This document shows, piece by piece, positions 56,361 through 64,000 of a stretch of DNA of 64,000 bases (the stretch's first letter is position 1; each line of letters starts with the position of its first letter). The notes below the pieces were generated by a model. The model searched no databases. It saw nothing but the letters and a program-made list of their open reading frames with translations, and was not told where the DNA came from. Origin of the DNA: an uncultured Eubacteriales bacterium (GTDB lineage Bacteria > Bacillota > Thermincolia > Thermincolales > CAZWUW01); the NCBI GenBank assembly GCA_964636895.1, contig CAZWUW010000002.1, positions 378-64,377 on the forward strand, read 5' to 3'. A program made the translations under genes and the position numbers.

Positions 56361-57647
56361 CTAACGGCCAATGCCTTGATAGATAAAACCCCTTGATTTC
56401 ATATCGGCAGGGGAAAATATATTCCGGCTGTCGATGATAATCGGTTTTTTCATGGTTTCATGCAGCAGGTTTAGGTCCGCCTTGGTGAAGATATCCCATT
56501 CGGTCATGATTATCAGGGCATCACAGTCCCGAACGGCGTCGTACATGTCAGCGCTAAGTTCTACTGCGGCCGGCAGCAGTTTCTTGGCATTTTCCATAGC
56601 CACCGGGTCATAGGCGGAGACGAGAGCCTGTTTATCCAAAAGCAGGTTAATTACCGGGATGGCCGGGGCAAAACGCATGTCGTCTGTTTCCGGTTTAAAG
56701 GCCAGTCCCCAAACGGCAACTTCCCTGTTTTCCAGTGGTCCCAGCAATTTTTCCAGTTTGCCTACCACTGTGGCAGGCTGGTCGGCGTTGACATCATGAA
56801 CTGCTTGTAAGAGCCGGGCGTTTTTACCTACTTTGTCTGCCAGGTGCAGCAGGCCGCTTAAATCTTTGGGCAGGCAGGAACCGCCGTAACCGGCGCCGGC
56901 CTTTAGGAAATGCATACCAATACGGGTATCATAACCTATGCCCCGGGCTACTTCGTTGATATCTACCGCATATTCTTCGCAAATACCCGCCAATTCGTTG
57001 ATAAAGGAGATTTTGGTGGCCAAAAAGCAGTTGGCGGCGTATTTAATCATTTCAGCGGCTGCGTTGGTGGTAAGCATTACCGGACATTCAATGCCCTGGT
57101 ACAAAGAACGGGTTATTTCAATGGCTTTTTGACTGTCGGCTCCAATGACTATGCGGTCCGGGTGGAAGGAGTCATAAATGGCGGTACCTTCCCGGAGGAA
57201 TTCCGGGTTGGAAACAATATTAAAATTTTCTTTTTGGACGCCATGCTCTAAAAGGAACTGCTCCAGAATCTTTTTTGTCCCCACCGGGACGGTACTTTTG
57301 TTAATAATAACTTTATACTTTTTCAGGTAGGGAATGAGCTGGCGGGCAACTTCCAGCACAAAGCTAAGGTCCGGTGAGCCGTCTTTGGCCGGGGGTGTGC
57401 CTACAGCGATCATAATAGCCCGGGCGTGGCCGACTGAATTCAGGCCGGTGGTGAATTTCAGGTTCTGTCCAAGGTGTTTTTGCAGCAGGGTATCAAGTCC
57501 TGGTTCATAAAAGGGAACCTTTCCTGATTTCAGTAAATTAACTTTTTCTTTGTCATTGTCCACGCAGGTTACCTGGTGGCCCAGCTCGGCAAACATGGCT
57601 CCGCTGGTCAGACCCACATAACCTGTGCCTATCACGGTAATATTCAC
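56361..57647 (-). CDS. UDP-glucose 6-dehydrogenase
   Basis: MNITVIGTGYVGL N-terminus and catalytic GGSCLPKD motif; 428 aa. Confidence 0.9.
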   Translation of the reverse strand: MNITVIGTGYVGLTSGAMFAELGHQVTCVDNDKEKVNLLKSGKVPFYEPGLDTLLQKHLGQNLKFTTGLNSVGHARAIMIAVGTPPAKDGSPDLSFVLEVARQLIPYLKKYKVIINKSTVPVGTKKILEQFLLEHGVQKENFNIVSNPEFLREGTAIYDSFHPDRIVIGADSQKAIEITRSLYQGIECPVMLTTNAAAEMIKYAANCFLATKISFINELAGICEEYAVDINEVARGIGYDTRIGMHFLKAGAGYGGSCLPKDLSGLLHLADKVGKNARLLQAVHDVNADQPATVVGKLEKLLGPLENREVAVWGLAFKPETDDMRFAPAIPVINLLLDKQALVSAYDPVAMENAKKLLPAAVELSADMYDAVRDCDALIIMTEWDIFTKADLNLLHETMKKPIIIDSRNIFSPADMKSRGFIYQGIGR

Positions 57648-57852
57648 TTGAAAACCTCCCTGTGAGTGCTTAGAATAATATTTCTTTTGCTGATATTGAT
57701 ATATTATGTTGACTGATAAAATTATGTTAACTAAAAGGAGGCTGTATTTGCCGGGAATATGTATTATATTAAAACTGAGGAAGAAAAGCTGTAAGCTACG
57801 ATGGCTTATGTTAAGGAGTCGTGTTTAGGATAAAAAAAGGGCGTGCACCCTA

Positions 57853-57938
57853 TAAAATGGACCCTATAAGGTAGACGGTTAAAAAAGAGGCCTACTGGCC
57901 GAAGAATTAACTGACTCTATTTTATAGGGTCCATTTTA
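57853..57938. repeat. 17-bp perfect inverted repeat with 52-bp spacer
   Basis: TAAAATGGACCCTATAA (57853-57869) and TTATAGGGTCCATTTTA (57922-57938). Confidence 0.9.
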
Positions 57939-58150
57939 ATGGGGAACAGGCTTTTTAATTGAGGGCACTGCTAACGTTTTAGAATCAGGAGCGGAATTTG
58001 ACATGATGAAAGAAAAATACCCCTTCCTGAGCAGAGTGCTTGAAATAACAGTTACATCTTTAAAACAAACTCTATAAGTTGAACCTTTAGCAGGCTAAAA
58101 ATTTCTAATGCCGTCGAGCTAGGCGCGTTTACACCGCTATATTTGTCATG

Positions 58151-58253
58151 AAAAAAGTAGTGCTATCTCAATTTGATAGACACTGCTTTTTTTGTAGCCA
58201 CAACTTATTTTCTCGAAAAGGATTTATTTGTACTGAGTAGAATAATGTTATAA
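58151..58253 (+). repeat. direct repeat copy 1 (terminator hairpin + extended -10 promoter-like segment) upstream of the SNF2 gene
   Basis: Matches 62965-63063. Contains the hairpin AGTAGTGCTATC...GATAGACACTGCT followed by a T-run, then TGTTATAAA about 50 nt before the SNF2 start. Confidence 0.85.
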
Positions 58254-58303
58254 AATGCGAGTCTTCCCGCATGATATATGACATTGTTAGGAGAGAATAG
58301 AAT

Positions 58304-60946
58304 ATGACGCGACAAGAAACACAAAAATTAAATGCCTATTTTTTACCGAAGGACTTTGTAATTGATGATATATTAAATCAACCGATGGACCCACTTAAAA
58401 CATGGATCGAGGCATTTGCAGCTGATAAATATAGTGCCTTATTTCATCTGGGCTTTTTAAAAAAAGAGAAATGGTTTTCACCTTCAATTGAATATCTCCA
58501 TCATATTGCAGAAATGCTGATAAAAAAACTAAGCCAACAGCCCGAAATTGAATTTAACCGGGACACCGTGCAAGTTGATTTACTAGAAGATGAGATGTAT
58601 CGCCTTAAGGAAGAGCTGCCATTTGTTATTGGCATGGAATATGTAGATGATGCTTGGATCCGAAGGGTATGGGAAGCGTTATTAGCTGTCTTTAGGTTAG
58701 AAATTAAAAATTATGATGGTACAGTTGCTAGGTATTTTGCCGAATATAACGCTAATATCAATGTAGTGGGAAGGGTATTTTTTCACTTGGTTGAGAATAA
58801 AGAAGAGCAGTATCCCTTTGCCTTTATGGCCACTTATTCAACAAAACCAGTCAAAAGCAAAAAAGCAGTACATACACCTTTGAAAAATGCGTTAGAAGAA
58901 TTTAATGGAGACGAAAAGAAATTACTTGCGCTTATTTCAACGGTTATCAAGGCAGCGGAAAAGAGCAGCTTCATTTCAGAATTACTGGAAAGTGGGGAAC
59001 TGTTCGCACCACTTAAGCTCACGGCTGAAGAGGCGTACACCTTTTTACGGGAAATCGCAACTTACGAAGAAGCCGGAATTATGTGCAGAGTCCCAGATTG
59101 GTGGCGTAAAAGCAACAATTCACTTCGGTTGTCGGTAACGGTTGGCGAAAAAGAGCCAGCCAAGGTGGGCTTAGAAGCCATTATGGAATTTTCACCATCC
59201 CTATATATAGGGGACGAGGTAATATCAGAACAGGAATTAAGAAGTTTTTTAGAAATGGCAGAAGGGCTGGTTTTGTATAAGGGTAAATGGGTTGAAATTA
59301 ACAAAAGAAAACTGGAAGCAGTACTTCAGGCATTTGAAAAGGTCAAAGATTTGACGGATGAAGAAGGTCTATCTCTTGGAGAGGCAATGAGGCTGGAATT
59401 AAATGTGAATAAGCTGCTGGATATTTCAATCGACGAGATAGATGTATCGATATCAAATGGACAATGGTTCAGAACAATGAAGGAAAGTCTGATTCATCCT
59501 GACACAATTCAAAAGGTGAGCATCGAGCCTTCGTTTCATGCGACATTACGAGCTTATCAGGAAAATGGTTATCATTGGCTCAACAAGATGTCCCATTTTG
59601 GATTTGGGGCCTGTTTGGCAGATGACATGGGACTTGGTAAAACGGTTCAGATGATTGCCTTTTTGGAATATCACAGAGTTCACAATGGTGGACAGGTACT
59701 TCTTATCCTGCCGGCATCGCTTATTGGAAACTGGCAGAAGGAAATCGAAAAATTTGCTCCCGAAATGTCGTATCAGATATTGCATAAAAGTGATTTAAAA
59801 ACCTCAGAAGCGATCCAAATCAGAGATGGTGAGTTTTTATATATCACCACCTATGGGATGGCAGTCCGATTGGAAGCACTAAAAAACAGAAAATGGGATT
59901 GTTTAATTTTAGATGAAGCGCAAGCCATAAAGAACCCAGGGACCAAGCAGACAAAGGCCATCAAAGCGATTCCAGCCAAGATGCGGATTGCGATGACTGG
60001 AACACCGATTGAAAACCGATTAAGTGACCTGTGGTCTTTATTTGATTTTTTGAATCAGGGGTTACTTGGAACGACTAAAGAATTTACTGAATTTACAAAA
60101 GGGCTTGCAGATAACGCGCACGGATACGCCAAGTTACGCAAGATGATCCAACCCTTCATGCTCAGAAGATTGAAAACCGATAAAAGTATTATTGCGGATT
60201 TGCCGGACAAACTGGAAATGAACGCCTACACGACCTTGTCAAAGAAACAGATTGTCCTCTATAAGCAGCTGATTGAACAGATTTCAGAAAAATTGAAAGA
60301 AGTGGAAGGCATTGAGCGAAAAGGGCTTGTCTTAGCCAGCATTATGAAATTCAAGCAAATATGCAATCACCCAGATCAATATCTGAGTAGAGAAGAATTT
60401 AAACCAGAACACAGCGGTAAGTTTGAACAATTGAGAGAAATCTGTGAAACAATATACGAGAAAAGGGAACGGGTTCTTATTTTTACACAATTTAGGGAGA
60501 TGACGGAGCCGATTTCAGATTTTCTTAGCGGCATATTTTCAAAACAAGGGTTTGTGCTTCATGGAGGTACGCCTGTAAAACGACGAAATGAGATGGTCGA
60601 ACAGTTTAATGGGGAGCATTATGTACCTTATATGGTGCTGTCGCTTAAGGCTGGCGGCGTAGGACTTAATCTGACAGGGGCCAATCATGTCATTCATTTT
60701 GACAGATGGTGGAATCCGGCAGTTGAAAATCAAGCAACAGACCGTGCCTTTCGTATTGGTCAGACAAAGAATGTGATGGTACATAAATTTGTAACAAAAG
60801 GCACAATAGAAGAGAAGATTGATACCATTATTGAAGAAAAACAGAGGCTGTCAGGAGATATTTTAAGTGCTGGAGGCGAACAGTGGATTACAGAGTACAC
60901 TGATGAAGCGCTACTGAAAATATTTGCTTTGGGCGGTGACGCATAA
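58304..60946 (+). CDS. SNF2-family helicase/translocase with long N-terminal accessory domain
   Basis: 880 aa with LRAYQENGYHWL, DDMGLGKTVQ (motif I), LILDEAQAIKN (motif II) and a C-terminal helicase domain (GGVGLNLTGANHVIHFDRWWNPA..QATDRAFRIGQ). Confidence 0.9.
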   Translation: MTRQETQKLNAYFLPKDFVIDDILNQPMDPLKTWIEAFAADKYSALFHLGFLKKEKWFSPSIEYLHHIAEMLIKKLSQQPEIEFNRDTVQVDLLEDEMYRLKEELPFVIGMEYVDDAWIRRVWEALLAVFRLEIKNYDGTVARYFAEYNANINVVGRVFFHLVENKEEQYPFAFMATYSTKPVKSKKAVHTPLKNALEEFNGDEKKLLALISTVIKAAEKSSFISELLESGELFAPLKLTAEEAYTFLREIATYEEAGIMCRVPDWWRKSNNSLRLSVTVGEKEPAKVGLEAIMEFSPSLYIGDEVISEQELRSFLEMAEGLVLYKGKWVEINKRKLEAVLQAFEKVKDLTDEEGLSLGEAMRLELNVNKLLDISIDEIDVSISNGQWFRTMKESLIHPDTIQKVSIEPSFHATLRAYQENGYHWLNKMSHFGFGACLADDMGLGKTVQMIAFLEYHRVHNGGQVLLILPASLIGNWQKEIEKFAPEMSYQILHKSDLKTSEAIQIRDGEFLYITTYGMAVRLEALKNRKWDCLILDEAQAIKNPGTKQTKAIKAIPAKMRIAMTGTPIENRLSDLWSLFDFLNQGLLGTTKEFTEFTKGLADNAHGYAKLRKMIQPFMLRRLKTDKSIIADLPDKLEMNAYTTLSKKQIVLYKQLIEQISEKLKEVEGIERKGLVLASIMKFKQICNHPDQYLSREEFKPEHSGKFEQLREICETIYEKRERVLIFTQFREMTEPISDFLSGIFSKQGFVLHGGTPVKRRNEMVEQFNGEHYVPYMVLSLKAGGVGLNLTGANHVIHFDRWWNPAVENQATDRAFRIGQTKNVMVHKFVTKGTIEEKIDTIIEEKQRLSGDILSAGGEQWITEYTDEALLKIFALGGDA

Positions 60947-61662
60947 TGGGCTATTATGGATATCCAAAGTATGAATCAGTTGCAGAAAAAAAGGCTAAGG
61001 CGAGTAGGAGCCTTGCGAAACTTAAAAAGAAAAATCCCGATATTGAGCCCGTAATCATAGAAGGTAGGACACTTGCGAAAAATTGGTGGGGCAAGTCTTG
61101 GAATTTGAATCTTGAAAGCTATGCAGATTATGGGAATCGGATTGCAAGGGGTAAAAGCTATGTTCGCGGTAATACGGTTTTGGATTTAAAGATATTTAAG
61201 GGACGGATAGTGGCGAAGGTTCAAGGAAGCCGGTCAAAGCCCTATGAAGTCGAGATTAAAATTGATACTTTAAACAACGAGAAGTGGGAGCAGGTCACGA
61301 CATTATGCAATCACAGAATCGATTCGTTGGAACAATTGATTGAAGGGAAATTTCCAAAGGAATTAGAGGTTTTATTTACAGAAAGAAAGTATGGTATGTT
61401 TCCATCGCCAAAAGAAATTCATTTTGATTGTAGCTGCCCCGATTGGGCCAGCATGTGCAAACATGTTGCGGCGGTATTATATGGGGTTGGTGCCAGATTA
61501 GATGTTAATCCTATGCTTTTTTTCGAGCTCAGAGCTTTGGATGGCCAAGAACTTGTCAGAAAATCGATGGAGCAAAAGCTGGAAAGCATGATGAAAAATG
61601 CAGGCAAGAAAAGCAAGAGAGAAATTGCCGATAAGGATATAGCAAATATATTTGGGCTATAG
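60946..61662 (+). CDS. SWIM zinc-finger protein
   Basis: 238 aa with CSCPDWASMCKHVAAVLY (CxCx(n)CxH SWIM signature). The TAATG overlap with the SNF2 gene implies translational coupling. Confidence 0.8.
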   Translation: MGYYGYPKYESVAEKKAKASRSLAKLKKKNPDIEPVIIEGRTLAKNWWGKSWNLNLESYADYGNRIARGKSYVRGNTVLDLKIFKGRIVAKVQGSRSKPYEVEIKIDTLNNEKWEQVTTLCNHRIDSLEQLIEGKFPKELEVLFTERKYGMFPSPKEIHFDCSCPDWASMCKHVAAVLYGVGARLDVNPMLFFELRALDGQELVRKSMEQKLESMMKNAGKKSKREIADKDIANIFGL

Positions 61663-61700
61663 CAATAGAACTAAAAAGCTGAAAAAGGGAGATTTAAATT

Positions 61701-62447
61701 ATGAGTATTGACCATTGTGCAGGATATACTTTCCCGCCATCTCTCAATCCCCGGTATACATTCGAAACCTTTGTTGTTGGCAGCAGTAACAAATTTGCCC
61801 ATGCCGCCGCACTTGCAGCAGCGGGATTACAGGCGCAATATAGTAACCCGCTTTTTATATATGGCGGGGTCGGGCTTGGCAAAACCCATCTAATTCAGGC
61901 TGTTGGGAATCTTGCATTGCAAAATAATCCTGGCACTAAAGTTTTATATGTATCTGCAGAGGGATTTGTCAATGAATTAATTAACGCAATCCGGGATGAT
62001 ATGACTGTGTACTTTAGGGATAAATACAGGGGACTTGATATGCTCATCATTGATGATGTTCATTTTCTGGCAGGCAGAGAAAGGACGCAGGAAGAACTTT
62101 TTCACACTTTTAATGCTTTGTATGAGGCTAACCAGCAAATTATAATATCCAGCGCCCAACCCCCTGGGGAAATACCTGTTCTGGCGGAAAGCCTACGTTC
62201 AAGATTTGAGGGTGGGTTAATGGCAGAGATTAAGCACCCTGATATTGAAACCCGAACAACGATTTTACAAAAAAGAATTCAATTCGAAAACCTACAGATT
62301 CCTGATGATGTTATTAATTATATAGCCGAACAATTGCATGCCAACATCAGGGAATTGCAGGGGGCCTTGACCAAGGTAATCTTTTATGCTTCTGTTGCAC
62401 AGAGGCCAATTAGTTTAGGCCTTGCCGGTGAAGCTTTACAATATTGA
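61701..62447 (+). CDS. DnaA paralog consisting only of the AAA+ domain III (no domains I/II, no DNA-binding domain IV)
   Basis: 248 aa with [22 protein letters not shown], Walker [10 protein letters not shown], Walker [16 protein letters not shown] (box VII) and NIRELQGAL (box VIII). It ends at ...LAGEALQY, where DnaA domain IV would begin. Own RBS AAGGGAG. Confidence 0.8.
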   Translation: MSIDHCAGYTFPPSLNPRYTFETFVVGSSNKFAHAAALAAAGLQAQYSNPLFIYGGVGLGKTHLIQAVGNLALQNNPGTKVLYVSAEGFVNELINAIRDDMTVYFRDKYRGLDMLIIDDVHFLAGRERTQEELFHTFNALYEANQQIIISSAQPPGEIPVLAESLRSRFEGGLMAEIKHPDIETRTTILQKRIQFENLQIPDDVINYIAEQLHANIRELQGALTKVIFYASVAQRPISLGLAGEALQY

Positions 62448-62615
62448 GGTCGGTTTTGCAGTGGTAGCGGAAGCTGCTTTTTTTTTGTTCGCAGAAGGTG
62501 AGAATAGTGTCGAAAAAATTAGACAGAATTACCACTGCAACCGATAATAATATTGTCAAGTTTTTTGTATAAAATGGTATAATACAGTTAGTAAAAAAGA
62601 ATGGAGTTGATTTTA

Positions 62616-62861
62616 ATGACTTGGGAAGAAGTGAGAAAGTTATACCCAAACCAGTTTGTTATGTTTGAAATTGTAAAGTCTCATGTTGTGGGTAATCAGG
62701 AGCATGTTGATGATATCGCACTAATTAAGGCAATTGACGACGACAAGGAAGCAATGAAAGAGTTTATTCAAAGCAAAGAAGGTCAATATGTTTACAGTAC
62801 AAATAACAAGGAAGTTGTTATTGAGTTGATAAAGCATGTTGGGAACGAATCGATGGTTTAA
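62616..62861 (+). CDS. small hypothetical protein
   Basis: 81 aa from the ATG (MTWEEVRKLYPNQFV...) 9 nt after GGAG. No family recognised. Confidence 0.4.
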   Translation: MTWEEVRKLYPNQFVMFEIVKSHVVGNQEHVDDIALIKAIDDDKEAMKEFIQSKEGQYVYSTNNKEVVIELIKHVGNESMV

Positions 62862-62964
62862 TTGGGCTGGACTTCATGAAAGCTTCAGGATTAATATTGG
62901 ATTTGGAGGAACTTGTATATTATAAAAAAAGACACAAACGGTGATTAATGTGAAAAATATACAT

Positions 62965-63063
62965 AAAAAAAGTAGTGCTATCTCAATTTGATAGGCACTA
63001 CTTTTTTACTACAACTAATTCCATGAAAAGGATATATTGGTACTAAGTCGAATAATGTTATAA
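62965..63063 (+). repeat. direct repeat copy 2 (terminator hairpin + promoter-like segment) upstream of the methyltransferase gene
   Basis: Aligns with 58151-58253. The first ~30 nt and last ~13 nt are near-identical; the middle is diverged with small indels. Confidence 0.85.
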
Positions 63064-63189
63064 GTGGAGTGTGTGGCGGCATTAAAGCGTGCCTCCAACC
63101 CTTGGAAATAAAGGATTTATACGGGTTCTATGGTAAGCAGAATTTACATGCTACCCTTGAAGTAGTAACAATGAAGACATTGTCGATAA

Positions 63190-64000
63190 AGCCAGGCCAA
63201 AAAGCCGGATGATGCGCGAACCACGCGCTTTTTAGGTAAAAGCAATTACGTTGTAAAACCATTTGTAAAGTGGGCTGGCGGCAAGGCTCAAATTCTGAAC
63301 AATATACGCTCTTATTATCCAGTACAATTGGGGAAAAAAATCACGAAATATGCCGAGCCTTTTGTTGGGGGTGGCGCAGTATTGTTTGACGTTATTAGCC
63401 GCTATGACCTTGAAGAAATATATATAAGTGACATAAACAGAGAATTGATAAAGACATATATAAGTATCCGTGACAATTTAGAGGAATTGCTTGTTGCTTT
63501 GCGTTCCCTTGAGAAAGACTACCTTCCGCTTGGTACGGATAAACGGAAAGATTATTACTACGCCAAACGCGACAGGTTTAACGCCTTGAAAACTGGCAAC
63601 GAGAATGATGTGGAGCTTGCGTCATTGTTTACCTTCCTGAACAGGACTTGTTTTAATGGTCTTTATCGAGTGAACAGCAAAGGAGGATTCAATGTTCCGA
63701 TGGGGAGCTATAAGAATCCGACCATTTGCGACGAGGAAAATTTGAGAGAGGTCTCAAGAAGGGTACAAGGCGTAAAAATCGTATGCGGAGATTATAAGGA
63801 ATCGGCTGATTTTATTGATTCAAAGACATTTGTTTACTTTGACCCGCCTTATCGTCCGCTTTCGGCGACATCGAGCTTCACGGCTTATTCGCAGGACGGA
63901 TTTGGCGACCAAGAGCAGATGGAATTGGCAAGGTTTATTGACGAAATGAGCGCAAAAGGCGCTGCCATTGTTGCCAGTAACTCTGACCCTAAAAATACCG
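63190..64000 (+). CDS. dam: Dam-type (D12 class) N6-adenine DNA methyltransferase, 3' end beyond window, start problematic
   Basis: KPFVKWAGGKAQIL, EPFVGGGAVLFD (FxGxG SAM motif), NRTCFNGLYRVN and catalytic DPPY. The open frame begins after a TAA at 63187-89 and has no in-frame ATG/GTG/TTG before the conserved N-terminal motif. Confidence 0.8.

Noticed and set aside
58304-64000. DISARM or BREX interpretation of SNF2 helicase plus adenine methyltransferase.
   Set aside because: No DrmA/DrmB/DrmC- or PglZ/BrxC-like genes are in the window. The methyltransferase is a small Dam-type enzyme rather than the large DrmMI/PglX type. The sequence beyond 64 kb is unknown.
1-64000. Search for integrase, transposase, tRNA, rRNA or phage structural genes that would define a mobile element around the defence-like blocks.
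   Set aside because: None were recognisable in the ORF track or in the intergenic sequence. Mobility of the two accessory blocks is therefore inferred only from composition, repeats and scars.

Overview
This 64-kb chromosomal segment looks like it comes from an anaerobic Gram-positive (Firmicutes-like) organism. That placement is inference from Shine-Dalgarno-type RBSs, an SLH-domain protein and a yng-like operon. I recognised no rRNA, tRNA, CRISPR array, integrase or transposase.

Layout:
- 1-18 kb: a leucine/isovalerate and acetoacetate catabolic cluster. It contains a sigma-54 activator (cut by the window edge), two -24/-12 promoters, acetoacetyl-CoA synthetase, acyl-CoA dehydrogenase, acyl-CoA ligase, EtfBA, a membrane HdrD-like Fe-S oxidoreductase, thiolase, split methylcrotonyl-CoA carboxylase, HMG-CoA lyase and a hydratase.
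- 18.4-20.3 kb: a DUF485-like protein plus a sodium:solute symporter.
- 20.3-27.8 kb: a visibly G+C-richer accessory block encoding a Wadjet/MksBEFG-like condensin defence module. jetA-jetB-jetC form one operon. The Toprim jetD-like gene lies on the opposite strand and overlaps jetC tail-to-tail.
- 27.3-30.9 kb: a rearrangement scar zone. It holds split/duplicated short repeats, an ABC-F gene fragment and a 48-bp perfect palindrome, all around a candidate Mn2+ (yybP-ykoY) riboswitch and a P-type ATPase cassette.
- 31-57.6 kb: mostly housekeeping or accessory metabolism. This includes an ABC-F ATPase, a hydrolase, a heptad-repeat protein, DegV, TetR, amino-acid and NitT/TauT-type ABC transporters, an SLH protein, a URO-D-type methyltransferase, a MacB-like exporter, GntR plus FixABCX, and nucleotide-sugar genes.
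- 58.1-64 kb: an A+T-richer block bounded by ~100-bp direct repeats (terminator plus promoter cassette). It encodes an SNF2 helicase, a SWIM protein, a DnaA paralog reduced to the AAA+ domain and a small ORF. It is followed by a Dam-type methyltransferase whose start appears frameshifted.

The two accessory blocks and the scars between them are the most interesting parts. All family calls rest on motifs read by eye and should be confirmed by HMM or BLAST.
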